A stretch of 64,000 nt of DNA from a virus (IMGVR_UViG_3300020414_001395:1145-65144), one strand, 5' to 3'. Shown: positions 1 through 9,535, counted from the first letter of the stretch. Numbers and translations are program-made. The notes: generated by a model not told the origin, from the sequence alone.

Positions 1-1
1 G

Positions 2-349
2 GTTCTCTTTGGGTCTGAAACGTCAGACCTTCCCCCCGCCTTTTTCAAGGGAGCGCAGTCGGTGCGTCTTCGCAGAGTGTACAATGTCCTTGTGTACAAT
101 GTCCAATGCGATGCAGTTGTGTTCGAGTCCCAACCTCCCTTCCATATTGATGCAGTTCTGAATCTCAGTACACTTGCAGACGTGCAAGCCGAACGAATCA
201 AGTTGCATCAATGGCAGAGACACTTACCGCATGAGGATGTGGGTTGGTGTGTACACGGCAATAGTTACTCCTTCCACCCTTTACCGAGGGCTTATGGCAA
301 CGAGTATGAGCTTGTGTGGTGGTTCGACTCCACCCTCTGCTACCATTAG
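2..349 (+). CDS. hypothetical early protein, 5'-truncated
   Basis: Frame open from position 2 to TAG at 347-349; codon style like other early genes; stop abuts hairpin repeat copy 1. Confidence 0.55.
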   Translation, partial: VLFGSETSDLPPAFFKGAQSVRLRRVYNVLVYNVQCDAVVFESQPPFHIDAVLNLSTLADVQAERIKLHQWQRHLPHEDVGWCVHGNSYSFHPLPRAYGNEYELVWWFDSTLCYH

Positions 350-409
350 TAGTGTGGTATATATACTCTCTCTGAACGTAGTGAAGAGAGTATATATACA
401 CACAATACT
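348..409. repeat. early intergenic hairpin repeat, copy 1
   Basis: GTATATATACTCTCT(357-371)-CTGAACGTAGTGA-AGAGAGTATATATAC(385-399); outer stem AGTAGTGTG/CACAATACT. Confidence 0.95.
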
Positions 410-440
410 TATCAATCATTCAAACTTCAATTCAATCACC

Positions 441-668
441 ATGCTACAAGACATGAACACACGGCAACTTGCCGAAGCAATTCAGGAGGACCTGAGCAAG
501 GTCACCCTCATCCTCAACTATGCTCCACGCCGAGATGTGGCACCCCTGATGTTCACATCATGTGCTGACTTGGAGGGTAAGCACTCATGTAAGACCCCTC
601 TTGCCACACTCCTGTCTAACATCGACGAGGCATCTGACCTCATCATCGAGAAAACTTACAAGCAATGA
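441..668 (+). CDS. hypothetical early protein (start reassigned to ATG 441, MLQDMNTRQL)
   Basis: ATG follows CAAACTTCAATTCAATCACC leader; the track ORF from 174 runs through the hairpin. Confidence 0.7.
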   Translation: MLQDMNTRQLAEAIQEDLSKVTLILNYAPRRDVAPLMFTSCADLEGKHSCKTPLATLLSNIDEASDLIIEKTYKQ

Positions 669-1261
669 AGCAGTACGCAGTAATCCACGCTGTCGCAGGA
701 CTCTTCGAGGGGTACTCCGACACCACCTGCGAGTTCTTCCCCAAGCGGGGATTCGCAGAGAAGCACATCAAGCAAATCCTCGACGGCTACCGCGTGGATG
801 AGATGTGCGTCAACATCGACCACCGAGAGGATGACATCTACGTCACCCTCACTCGTGACTACGAGGACTACCACGCTTGTGTACCATCAGACATGGAGCA
901 CGACGATTGGGTGGCCGACAACTACGACGACGTTAGTGTCGAGGTGCTCCGAATCATCGAGCTTGATATGTCCAACCGCTCCGACTCCACCGAGTCATGT
1001 TGGTTGACGTGGGACCAACAGGATGCTACCCAAGCATGGGACTACTTCCCCTTGTGTATGTCCTTGGTAGCTCGTGTGTCCTCTGATGTGATGGACAATG
1101 CAGGCCCGTACAGCGACCCCCTGTATCAGCTCACGGAGTTCATCTCCTCGGTGTACTACCGCAAGCACGCCTTCATCGACGTTGACGACTACGTGATGCA
1201 CGCTTTCCGAATCCCCAAACCCAAAAACTCTGACAGCTATGACGAAGAAACAACTGCTTGA
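665..1261 (+). CDS. hypothetical acidic early protein
   Basis: 198-aa ORF, ATGA overlap with upstream gene. Confidence 0.7.
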   Translation: MKQYAVIHAVAGLFEGYSDTTCEFFPKRGFAEKHIKQILDGYRVDEMCVNIDHREDDIYVTLTRDYEDYHACVPSDMEHDDWVADNYDDVSVEVLRIIELDMSNRSDSTESCWLTWDQQDATQAWDYFPLCMSLVARVSSDVMDNAGPYSDPLYQLTEFISSVYYRKHAFIDVDDYVMHAFRIPKPKNSDSYDEETTA

Positions 1262-1442
1262 CCTCATCGCACAATACCCTGACGATGCAGATATTATGAT
1301 TGACATACACGACACCGTGCTGTACGAAGACCTGTACGACTTCACGTTTGAGCCTGTCTCTTGGACTCGGTTTCACACGGACAACACATCAGAACAAATG
1401 CACGAGCTACGGCTCTGCCCAATCGAACACACAAATGAATAA
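1239..1442 (+). CDS. hypothetical protein
   Basis: 67-aa ORF in tightly packed operon. Confidence 0.6.
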   Translation: MTKKQLLDLIAQYPDDADIMIDIHDTVLYEDLYDFTFEPVSWTRFHTDNTSEQMHELRLCPIEHTNE

Positions 1443-1653
1443 CGAAACCTTATACGACCTGCGGTGCTACGTTAGCAACTGCTTCAACCACCGCGAAGGA
1501 GCTGGCGCATCCAGCGGATACATGATGCTCTCTCAGCTGATGAAAGAAGAGTACGACCTCACCAACAGCGACGTGGACGAGGTGGTCAGCGAAATCGAGG
1601 ACCTTGTGTCCAAGTTTATCATGAATGAATCCCCAAAATTTACAGAACAATGA
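1435..1653 (+). CDS. hypothetical protein (MNNETLYDL)
   Basis: Start moved to ATG 1435, overlapping upstream stop. Confidence 0.6.
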   Translation: MNNETLYDLRCYVSNCFNHREGAGASSGYMMLSQLMKEEYDLTNSDVDEVVSEIEDLVSKFIMNESPKFTEQ

Positions 1654-2438
1654 ACTCAGCACAAGAATCCAAGAACGAGCTCGACGCAGCTATCCGCTAC
1701 GCAGAGAACGCGATCTCATCTGCCAAGCAAACCATCGAGTCGATGGAGTTCCGTCAAGAGATGGCACAGAAGAACTACCAAGAGCAGACAGGTCGCGAAG
1801 CCGCCCTCCAAGCTGAGGTTGATGAACTGCGCGACATCAATCTTGAACTCAAAGAGAAGGTGCAGGCCCAGCTTGACGACATCGCTATGCTGAAGCAACA
1901 GCGCACCGTCAGGGCGGAGTCTCGTGATGAGGAAGTGGGTGCTCTCAAATCCACGATTGACGAGCTTGAATCCAAGGTGCAGGGTCAGTACGACGACATC
2001 CAAAAGTTGGAGTACGACCTCACCGCCAAGACAGCCCAAGCCAATGCTTGGAAGAAGAAGTACTACGACTTCAAGGAGACGCTCGTTCGAGCAGGTGACC
2101 CTCGTGTAGTTGACAAGCCCACCATGCCCGTCATCCCCAAGGCAGTAGCCATCGCCATCTTCCGTGAGGGCACGTTGTTTGGCGTAGAGGCCGCTTGCGA
2201 TGAGATTCAGGGTGAGAGCATCAACATCAGCGAAAGCGACTACGTCGGTGACTTCTCCATCTCATTCGAGCGTGACATCGACCTCGACGACCACATCGAC
2301 TTCGATTGGGTGCGTAGCAAGATTGGTGACTACGACGAAGGTAACGTCACTGCCAACCTCGAAGGGCTGTGTGCCAAGAACAACTTCGAGTGCCGCATCC
2401 ACGGCATCGACGACCAAGAAGAAAAGAAGAATGACTGA
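1650..2438 (+). CDS. coiled-coil hypothetical protein
   Basis: N-terminal ~140 aa heptad-rich (E/K/Q/L); ATGA overlap. Confidence 0.75.
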   Translation: MNSAQESKNELDAAIRYAENAISSAKQTIESMEFRQEMAQKNYQEQTGREAALQAEVDELRDINLELKEKVQAQLDDIAMLKQQRTVRAESRDEEVGALKSTIDELESKVQGQYDDIQKLEYDLTAKTAQANAWKKKYYDFKETLVRAGDPRVVDKPTMPVIPKAVAIAIFREGTLFGVEAACDEIQGESINISESDYVGDFSISFERDIDLDDHIDFDWVRSKIGDYDEGNVTANLEGLCAKNNFECRIHGIDDQEEKKND

Positions 2439-2622
2439 CGAACACATGGAGTATCTAGCCGAAGCCATCGAACGTAAGATGCAGGCATACGAGAAGCACG
2501 GCCGATCGCGTGACAAGATGATGCTTGACTGCATGCTCCGAGACTATGAAGCGAAACAACGATTAATACTACAAGATGAAAAACAGAAAGAAACGATTTC
2601 AGGTACGGTTCCACCTTGGTAA
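2431..2622 (+). CDS. hypothetical protein (MTDEHMEYL)
   Basis: ATG 2431 overlaps upstream stop. Confidence 0.55.
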   Translation: MTDEHMEYLAEAIERKMQAYEKHGRSRDKMMLDCMLRDYEAKQRLILQDEKQKETISGTVPPW

Positions 2623-3010
2623 AGGGCCGAACTACATGTGCTGGCAAGTGAAGGACTTCGGACTCAACCGAGCCGCCAACAACGGCAGGGCAGACATCGA
2701 CTACTACGCCCCGTCCAACGTGTCCCTTGAGCTAACCAACTGCGTGCTCAAGAACTCAGAAAAGACAGCCGCCAAAATCTTCAATGGCGAACACAAGACT
2801 GTGTGTGCATGGGTAGAGTGTGACATGGTCGATGTACACTACAAGAAAGACCCTGCGTTCAGCGAGGTAGACACAAAGAACCTGCGCAAGTACAAGTACA
2901 ACCCCAAGAAAAATATCCACTGGTTCACCAGCAAACAAGACAACGCAGACAACAAGCAACTATTTAAGATGCACACCAACAGCAGAGCACTATATGGACG
3001 AGTCAACTAA
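2576..3010 (+). CDS. hypothetical protein (VRFHLGKGPNYMCWQVK)
   Basis: 144-aa ORF, operon packing. Confidence 0.7.
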   Translation: MKNRKKRFQVRFHLGKGPNYMCWQVKDFGLNRAANNGRADIDYYAPSNVSLELTNCVLKNSEKTAAKIFNGEHKTVCAWVECDMVDVHYKKDPAFSEVDTKNLRKYKYNPKKNIHWFTSKQDNADNKQLFKMHTNSRALYGRVN

Positions 3011-3108
3011 GAACTTTCTGAAAACAATATGGAGAGGCCAGTACGGAAGCCCACGACAACGTCGGCGCCTTATGGAACGAGAACTAAACAGACTATACAA
3101 GAAAAAGA

Positions 3109-3489
3109 ATGACGCAAGAACAAGTGATGGAGTGGATGGAGAACTACCTCGACGGGACGAAAGCTGAGCAGACGGCCCTTGGTATGATTAAGATAGACAT
3201 CGAAGAGCATGGGTTTGAGAACTGGCTCAAGCTACCTGCCATCCCGATTGTGGAATGGTACGTAACCGCCATCGAAGAGGTGGCTGACCAGCTCATCGAA
3301 GACTATCAATCCATCAAGGGTGTCGAAGACATCATCGGGCAAGCAGGTATTGGGCAATCATATAAGCTCAAGGAGCCAGCAAGCCTTGTCGCCTTCAAGA
3401 ACGGAACCATGGACGTCGTCAACTCCATGCTCATCTACCTAACCACACAGGAAATGGCTAACGCATACTATGCAGAACACACAAACTAA
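3109..3489 (+). CDS. hypothetical protein
   Basis: 126-aa ORF with A-rich leader. Confidence 0.7.
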   Translation: MTQEQVMEWMENYLDGTKAEQTALGMIKIDIEEHGFENWLKLPAIPIVEWYVTAIEEVADQLIEDYQSIKGVEDIIGQAGIGQSYKLKEPASLVAFKNGTMDVVNSMLIYLTTQEMANAYYAEHTN

Positions 3490-3910
3490 AGATATGATGC
3501 TTGAGGTTCGTAGGGAATACGAGCAAAGGCAGGGATACGAGATTGACGACAAGTCAAGGCTCAACCACTATGTCCAAGACAGGGTGGCCCTCGCCAATGC
3601 ACTCAGGCCTTACGCTACGTACAAAGACATCGGGGAGATATTCGGAAAAGACCACGCCACGGTTATCCATTACTGCCGTGAGCACGAGGCCATGATGAAC
3701 TCCTACCCAAGCTACATGGTCAGGTACGAGAATGCACTCAGCCTCACAAGCAGGGTGTCCGATCGTATGGCCATTGCACCCAAGGTGCGTAACGTCAAGA
3801 GCAGGAACCTGCACGCAGAGCTCGCTACTATCAAGCGCACAATCAATAAGTTACAGAAATTTCAAAAGAAAATCGAAGACAAGTTAGGAATCAATGAAGA
3901 GGCTTCGTAA
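3470..3910 (+). CDS. DnaA C-terminal-like HTH DNA-binding protein
   Basis: YKDIGEIFGKDHATVIHY resembles the DnaA domain IV (IGxxFGxRDHxTVxH) motif; C-terminal coiled coil. Confidence 0.65.
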   Translation: MQNTQTKDMMLEVRREYEQRQGYEIDDKSRLNHYVQDRVALANALRPYATYKDIGEIFGKDHATVIHYCREHEAMMNSYPSYMVRYENALSLTSRVSDRMAIAPKVRNVKSRNLHAELATIKRTINKLQKFQKKIEDKLGINEEAS

Positions 3911-4076
3911 GTTCGCACAGCTGTTGCACGTCATCTGGGTGGAGGACATCCAGTACTGGGTCTATTGGAATACCATAGGCAAATGGCGTACAAACAAGCA
4001 CCTCAAAGAAGGCAGATGCCTTACATGTGGACACCTAATAGAGTCGGATAATTGTCATTGTCACACATTAATTTAA
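3894..4076 (+). CDS. small protein with C-terminal Cys/His cluster
   Basis: CLTCGH...CHCH. Confidence 0.5.
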   Translation: MKRLRKFAQLLHVIWVEDIQYWVYWNTIGKWRTNKHLKEGRCLTCGHLIESDNCHCHTLI

Positions 4077-4088
4077 TTCACTATCATC

Positions 4089-4643
4089 ATGTCGAACTAC
4101 AAGTTCAAGACCACGAACATCCGTGGTAAGCAGTACGTTGAAGTCAACGAACGCATCAAGTTCTTCCGTCAGGAAGACAGGTACAAAGACTGGACCATCG
4201 CAACCGAGTTCCCTATTCTAGAGAACGACGAGTGTGTATGCAAGGCCACCATCGCCAACGAGCAGGGTCGAGTCGTAGCTAATGGTCATGCTCACGAGGA
4301 GCGTGGCTCATCCAACATCAATAAAACTAGCTTCGTTGAAAACTGCGAAACATCAGCCATCGGGCGAGCCTTGGCCATGCTCGGAATCGGAATTGATACC
4401 TCTATCGCCTCAGCAAATGAGGTTAACGACGCCATCGCCAAGCAAGAAGAGATGGTCAACAATCCTCATGTACAGACGCTTTCGAAGAGACTCGACGCGC
4501 CAGTAGAGAACATCATGGACAAAGCGGTGTCCTACATCAAGACGCAGACTGACAAGAAGAAGGCATTTGATAGTATCACCAAGAAGTATGGTGAGCAACT
4601 CACAGAAAAGCAAGTGGCTGGGCTCAAGAAGTTCGTGCGATGA
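4089..4643 (+). CDS. single-strand annealing protein (Sak/Rad52-like)
   Basis: GKQYVEVNERI and ETSAIGRALAMLGIG motifs; next to exonuclease and SSB. Confidence 0.7.
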   Translation: MSNYKFKTTNIRGKQYVEVNERIKFFRQEDRYKDWTIATEFPILENDECVCKATIANEQGRVVANGHAHEERGSSNINKTSFVENCETSAIGRALAMLGIGIDTSIASANEVNDAIAKQEEMVNNPHVQTLSKRLDAPVENIMDKAVSYIKTQTDKKKAFDSITKKYGEQLTEKQVAGLKKFVR

Positions 4644-4924
4644 ACGTGAGCATCAACTCCTCAGGAGTCTTGATCCCTAACCCAGGCACAGGCAAAGACA
4701 ACAAGTTTCTGCCTTGGTCTATGGTCAACAAGGTGGTTGTTGCGCCTGCCATCAAGCACTGCACCAACAAGAAGTATGGATTGGATATGTACCTCGTCGA
4801 GAAGACTGTCAATGGCAGTCGACTCGAAGGGGTCTTCGAGACCAAGCGTGAAGCATTCAAGGCAGTAGATATCCACCTTATCAAAAACGGCAGAGAGCCA
4901 GAACTAATACTGAAGAAAGCATGA
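4640..4924 (+). CDS. hypothetical protein
   Basis: 94-aa ORF, ATGA overlaps. Confidence 0.55.
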   Translation: MNVSINSSGVLIPNPGTGKDNKFLPWSMVNKVVVAPAIKHCTNKKYGLDMYLVEKTVNGSRLEGVFETKREAFKAVDIHLIKNGREPELILKKA

Positions 4925-5685
4925 GCATGAGAGACCAGCTACAGGAGCGAGTGGGGAAGCCCCACCTCTCCTACTCTTCACTCAAGTACGCTCTTGGAGA
5001 CATGCGCCTCTGGGAGATGTACATGCGGGGTCAGCTCAAGAAAGAGTCAGAGGCCTTGAGCTTCGGCTCGCTCTATGACTTGCTTCTGTTTGAACCAGAA
5101 AAATTTGAAGATGTATATTTCGTTTTGGATGATACCGATATCGTTGATTCTATTGGCGGTAAGTACCCGCGCAATACTAAGCGCTATCGAGAGTGGAAAG
5201 CGGAACAGCTCCAGACGAATCCAGACAAGGAACTGGCTTCTACGGAGGACGTCAAGAAGGCGAAGGAGATGATTCAACGCCTCAAAGACTGCGGTGTGTA
5301 CGACAAGAGATTTGCTGGCGGCAAGTATCAAGTCGAGTTCAACGTGGATCTTGACGGCGTCCCGCTCAAGGGATTCCTTGACTGCCTTCAGGATGGATTC
5401 ATTGTGGACTCTAAGTCCTCTCGGTCCATCGAGAAGTTTAGGTACGACGTCAATAGCTGGAGCTATGACATCCAAGCCTACGTATACACTAAGGTATTTG
5501 ATATACCTGATTTCTATTGGGTGGTGCAGGAGAAGGCTTACCCCTTCTACCCAGCGGATGTGAAGTGTTCAGAGGAGACTCTGTTCCGAGGAGAGATGAA
5601 GTTCCACCAAGCCCTCGAAAACATTCAAGCATTCCTCAATGGCAACGAGCAAACCCAAAAGCACTACGCTGAATTTGTGGTGTAA
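4921..5685 (+). CDS. PD-(D/E)XK exonuclease, RecE/exonuclease VIII-like
   Basis: LSYSSLK, KGFLDCL, IVDSKS, YDIQAYVY motifs. Confidence 0.8.
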   Translation: MSMRDQLQERVGKPHLSYSSLKYALGDMRLWEMYMRGQLKKESEALSFGSLYDLLLFEPEKFEDVYFVLDDTDIVDSIGGKYPRNTKRYREWKAEQLQTNPDKELASTEDVKKAKEMIQRLKDCGVYDKRFAGGKYQVEFNVDLDGVPLKGFLDCLQDGFIVDSKSSRSIEKFRYDVNSWSYDIQAYVYTKVFDIPDFYWVVQEKAYPFYPADVKCSEETLFRGEMKFHQALENIQAFLNGNEQTQKHYAEFVV

Positions 5686-5689
5686 GATT

Positions 5690-5720
5690 TTGATTTACGG
5701 AACAGCATTCTATATTTTTG
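5690..5720 (+). promoter_or_regulatory. Bacteroidota-type sigma-A promoter
   Basis: TTGAT-N18-TATTTTTG upstream of SSB-like gene. Confidence 0.6.
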
Positions 5721-5748
5721 ATAACCTTTTTTACAATTTAATTCTATC

Positions 5749-6051
5749 ATGAGCGATAAGCAGTATGATTCAGTACTCGTAGGGTACGCCGAAGAGCCTC
5801 GTTACAACGACGAAGGCCAGTTGTTGAGCTGGAACGTCCGATTCAAGGACACCGAGCTCCAGGAGATGATCGAGAAGTACGCCACTTCTCGTAACGAACA
5901 AGGACAAGGGGGCAACCTCTACGTCACCATGTTCATGTCCAAGAACGGGAAGCCTTGCTGTCGTGTCTTCGATCCTAACAGCGCAGCTGCTAAGGAGAAG
6001 CGTGCAGCGAAAGCAGCCGAGACCTCTACGGAGGATGCACTCCCATTCTAA
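5749..6051 (+). CDS. single-stranded DNA-binding protein (putative)
   Basis: 100 aa, acidic-hydrophobic C-tail TEDALPF; recombination context. Confidence 0.6.
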   Translation: MSDKQYDSVLVGYAEEPRYNDEGQLLSWNVRFKDTELQEMIEKYATSRNEQGQGGNLYVTMFMSKNGKPCCRVFDPNSAAAKEKRAAKAAETSTEDALPF

Positions 6052-6070
6052 GGGAGCACCTATCTATTAC

Positions 6071-6328
6071 ATGACCGCTCGTGTCGCCTTCAAGAAACGG
6101 AAGGTTGTACACGAGCGTGTCGTGTGGATAGTTTCTGTGTTCGAGAATCCAAGTGACATCGCTTCGTATGACCACAAGACAATGTCCCGACTAGAGTTAG
6201 AGATATTCGGGAAGAACAGCAAGGCAGACAAGCACATCATCATTCGAGAGATTCTCACTAAAAAATTCATTTCACATTCAACACTACCGTTAGATGAACA
6301 CAAGGAACAAAATCAAATCAAAGTGTAA
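6071..6328 (+). CDS. hypothetical protein
   Basis: ATG 6071 in frame with track ORF 5963-6328; start uncertain. Confidence 0.5.
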   Translation: MTARVAFKKRKVVHERVVWIVSVFENPSDIASYDHKTMSRLELEIFGKNSKADKHIIIREILTKKFISHSTLPLDEHKEQNQIKV

Positions 6329-6659
6329 GGCGCTAGAGGATTTGCTCCTCCAGAAGAATGCCAAGTATGGTAATTCTGCACTTGAGCCGCTGAATGTATT
6401 CTCTGCGGCCAACGCTGTCGCAGGTATAAAGATGCGTATCGACGACAAACTCAAACGCATTAAGAACGCAGGTCTATGTGACGCAACGGAGGATACGTTG
6501 CAAGATCTGGCTGGTTACCTCATCCTCCTCATGATTGCCAAGGACAATGAAAGTCACGATATTCAAGAACGTATTCGACAAGAAAGCACCTCATCACATT
6601 CCACTACAGCAAGCGCTGGAGCGGATCCAGAATGGGAAGTCGAGTACGCTAGTATCTAA
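6294..6659 (+). CDS. DUF1599 / nucleotide-modification-associated domain protein
   Basis: LLLQKNAKYGNS...MRIDDKLKRI...DTLQDLAGYLIL pattern. Confidence 0.7.
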   Translation: MNTRNKIKSKCKALEDLLLQKNAKYGNSALEPLNVFSAANAVAGIKMRIDDKLKRIKNAGLCDATEDTLQDLAGYLILLMIAKDNESHDIQERIRQESTSSHSTTASAGADPEWEVEYASI

Positions 6660-8343
6660 GGTCCGAGATGGCGACAAAACCAAAAAGCAAGAGCTCCCCG
6701 TTGTTTGTTTCAGCGGGGAGTTTTCGTCTCGGTCTGATGAGGCGCTATTTGAGCATTCGGGTTTCATTATCCTCGACTTTGATCACGTGGATGTTGACGC
6801 GACCAAAAGGGCTCTTGCCACGGATGATTTTATTCACTCATGTTGGACATCGCCTAGTGGCCAAGGAGTCAAGGCTCTTGTCAAGGTTACGAACCCTGAG
6901 AGACACCGCGACCACTTCCGTGCGCTCGTCAAGTACTTCGAGAGAACACACGGACTTGAGCTAGACGAGTCGGGCATCAACGAGTCTCGCGCATGCTTTG
7001 AGTCCTTTGACCCAGACATCATCATCAAGGATGACTACCAGAAGTTTGGTCATTTTACTACTGAGCACGCAGAGGCCCAGACTCCAACCAACGAGGCTTA
7101 CGACCACACAGACTACATGAAGCTCAACCTTGCTTGCCGCATGATTCGGCAGGCTCAGGATGGGGAGAAGTGGATTACACTCAACCGAGCAGCTATTCTG
7201 TGCGGAGGATATGTAGCGGCTGGACGCATGGAAGAGGAGGAAGTTATCCGAGTCCTTTTTCGTGAGGTGTGCAAGCGCGACGTGGACAACGAGGACCACG
7301 CGAAGCAGACGATCATCGCTGGTGTCGAGAAGGGAAAGCAAACCCCGATCCGTGACATCATTGATGAGGAGAAGTCTGTCCAGCGTGAGATGTTGCTCAA
7401 CGACGGTGACATGTCGTTCATCTCTTCAGACGACGAGGACTTCCGTTGGATTGACGACTTCTCTCAGGGCAAGGTAGAGATTGGTTTGGACACAGGAGAC
7501 CCCAAGCTTGACGAGTACTTCCGCTACAAGAAGGAGTTCGTCATCGTGAACGGCCACTCCAACGTGGGCAAGACCACCACTATGCTCTACCTGATTGCAA
7601 ACTCAGCTGTACGTCACGGTTGGAAGTGGGTCATCTACTCGTCCGAGAACCGCACCGCATCCGTCAAGATGTCCCTGATGCAGTTTGCCATGGATAAGAA
7701 GGTGGCAGACATGACATACCTTGAGCGTAAGCAGGCGTACAAGTGGGTGCAGGAGCACTTCACTATCATCAACAACAACGCTGTGTACAGCTACAGCGAC
7801 ATTATCCTGTTCATGGAGAAGGTTATGCGTCAGCAACCTGTAGACGCCATCTTTGTCGACCCATACAACAGCCTCAAGCTGGACATGAAGGGCAGCAAGA
7901 TCGGTGTACACGACTACCACTACGAAGCCGCGTCTGAGTTCCTGACATTCAGCAAGGCCAACAATGTGGCTGTGTGGCTCAATATGCACGCCGTTACTGA
8001 GGCTCAGCGTCGCAAGGGTGACGACGGGTTGCCAGTGGCTCCGTATGCTGAGGACACAGAGGGTGGCGGAAAGTTCGTAAACAGAGCGGATTGCTTCATG
8101 ACAATTCACCGAAAGGTTCAAGCCATGGACCCTGACATCCGCAAAATGAGCGAGTTGCACATCCGAAAGGTGCGTGAGGTAGAAACAGGCGGGGCACCGA
8201 CCCCTCTGGAGGAGCCGTACCGCATTCAGATGAATCTTTCCCACACTGGATTCACAACAATGTTGGGCAAGAGGGCTCTGTATCAGCCGATTACGTTCAG
8301 CAAAGAATCAACAATGCCTATGAACATGAGTTTCTTGTCTTGA
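6547..8343 (+). CDS. primase-helicase: N-terminal VirE-N/BT4734-like primase-polymerase domain fused to DnaB-like helicase
   Basis: LPVVCFSGEF, IILDFDH, SPSGQGVK in N half; Walker A GHSNVGKT and VDPYN in C half. Confidence 0.85.
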   Translation: MKVTIFKNVFDKKAPHHIPLQQALERIQNGKSSTLVSKVRDGDKTKKQELPVVCFSGEFSSRSDEALFEHSGFIILDFDHVDVDATKRALATDDFIHSCWTSPSGQGVKALVKVTNPERHRDHFRALVKYFERTHGLELDESGINESRACFESFDPDIIIKDDYQKFGHFTTEHAEAQTPTNEAYDHTDYMKLNLACRMIRQAQDGEKWITLNRAAILCGGYVAAGRMEEEEVIRVLFREVCKRDVDNEDHAKQTIIAGVEKGKQTPIRDIIDEEKSVQREMLLNDGDMSFISSDDEDFRWIDDFSQGKVEIGLDTGDPKLDEYFRYKKEFVIVNGHSNVGKTTTMLYLIANSAVRHGWKWVIYSSENRTASVKMSLMQFAMDKKVADMTYLERKQAYKWVQEHFTIINNNAVYSYSDIILFMEKVMRQQPVDAIFVDPYNSLKLDMKGSKIGVHDYHYEAASEFLTFSKANNVAVWLNMHAVTEAQRRKGDDGLPVAPYAEDTEGGGKFVNRADCFMTIHRKVQAMDPDIRKMSELHIRKVREVETGGAPTPLEEPYRIQMNLSHTGFTTMLGKRALYQPITFSKESTMPMNMSFLS

Positions 8344-8370
8344 CTTTCAAAAAAATCCTTGGTACCTTCG
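8340..8370 (+). promoter_or_regulatory. Bacteroidota-type promoter
   Basis: TTGAC-N18-TACCTTCG, 3 nt before ATG 8374; same spacing as the promoters at 5690 and 60037. Confidence 0.55.
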
Positions 8371-8373
8371 GGT

Positions 8374-8832
8374 ATGAAGAAACGGACAAAGACTCCGAAG
8401 AGGCGTTCAGCCAAGAAAAAACATCTGGGGAGGTACGCTAGTTCGCTTGAGAAGTACTGTGCTGACCAGCTTAAAGAATACGGGTTAGCTTTCGATTATG
8501 AAGAACATCAGTTTGAACTGATGGAAAGGTTTCGATTCCCCAACAAGTATTTTAAGATGACTGCAAAGGGTAAGGAGATGACCGACAAGTCAGGGTCGGT
8601 CGTCCTCCCTATCACATACAAGCCTGATTTCGTGGGCAGGGATCACGATTGGATCATTGAGACAAAGGGATACCTTCCCTCTCACCACGACTTTCCTATG
8701 CGGTGGAAACTTTTTCTTCGGCATTTAGTTGGAAAGGACTCCAAGACGATTGTATTTTTAGCAAAGAACAGCGGTCAAGTTGACCATGCGATTCAAGAAA
8801 TCCTAAAATCAATCAAGAGTGGAGATATCTAA
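8374..8832 (+). CDS. T7 endonuclease I-like Holliday junction resolvase (putative)
   Basis: YKPDFV...IIETKG PD-(D/E)XK motif, basic N-terminus. Confidence 0.7.
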   Translation: MKKRTKTPKRRSAKKKHLGRYASSLEKYCADQLKEYGLAFDYEEHQFELMERFRFPNKYFKMTAKGKEMTDKSGSVVLPITYKPDFVGRDHDWIIETKGYLPSHHDFPMRWKLFLRHLVGKDSKTIVFLAKNSGQVDHAIQEILKSIKSGDI

Positions 8833-9031
8833 GCTCAGTTCCTATTACCATCTAGCATGTGATAGGATACATCAGATCGTGGACGATCTGTATGAAGCAA
8901 TACACGATGAGGTAGGCCTTCCAGTAGAGACATCAGAGGAAGTAGAAGAGGCGCTCAAAGATGTGAAGTCGTTGATCTGGCACGAGATCGACTTGATCAA
9001 AAGCGCTGTAGATGAGTTCGAAGGTAAGTAA
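8819..9031 (+). CDS. hypothetical acidic protein
   Basis: 70-aa ORF overlapping neighbours. Confidence 0.55.
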   Translation: MEISKLSSYYHLACDRIHQIVDDLYEAIHDEVGLPVETSEEVEEALKDVKSLIWHEIDLIKSAVDEFEGK

Positions 9032-9518
9032 CTCACGCAGGCGTTACTCAAACGCCACAGGAAGATGCGCCGAAGTTAGGTTCGTCAGAGCCGCCAGAAA
9101 CAAAGGCCTTACTGTCACCAAGTCTAGCCACACGGAGGATAGACACGATCACATAGACTACTGGCTTGCTCTCAGCGGCGACAAGAAGTGGGGGGTTGAT
9201 GTGAAGGGTAACAACTTGCCAGATGAGATCTGGTGCGAGTTTAAGAATGTTCAGGGGAATCCTGGGTGGATGTATGGGGGTGCAACAATTATTGCTTTTG
9301 ATATGCCTGAGGAGGGTGGGTTCGCGATCGTCGATCGAGAGGAGCTCGCCTTTTTTTGTGAGAAGCACGTAAGCAACGAAACGGTCACAGATAAGCGCTA
9401 TGCCTACCTAAAAAAGTACACGAGGAAAGACAGGGAGGATGTCATCACAATCCTTAAGTTACACGATCTCAAGAACTTACTGTCCTATAGAGTTTGGGAG
9501 TACGATAAGAGATATTAG
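9012..9518 (+). CDS. PD-(D/E)XK-fold nuclease-like protein
   Basis: HIDYWL...VDVKG...WCEFKN. Confidence 0.55.
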   Translation: MSSKVSNSRRRYSNATGRCAEVRFVRAARNKGLTVTKSSHTEDRHDHIDYWLALSGDKKWGVDVKGNNLPDEIWCEFKNVQGNPGWMYGGATIIAFDMPEEGGFAIVDREELAFFCEKHVSNETVTDKRYAYLKKYTRKDREDVITILKLHDLKNLLSYRVWEYDKRY

Positions 9519-9535
9519 GGTATCTTTACCGCCCC

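Noticed and set aside
174-440. Recurring peptide YILSLNVVKRVYI in track ORFs 174, 62301 and 63409
   Set aside because: Artefact of translating through the hairpin repeat; the real starts are the downstream ATGs.
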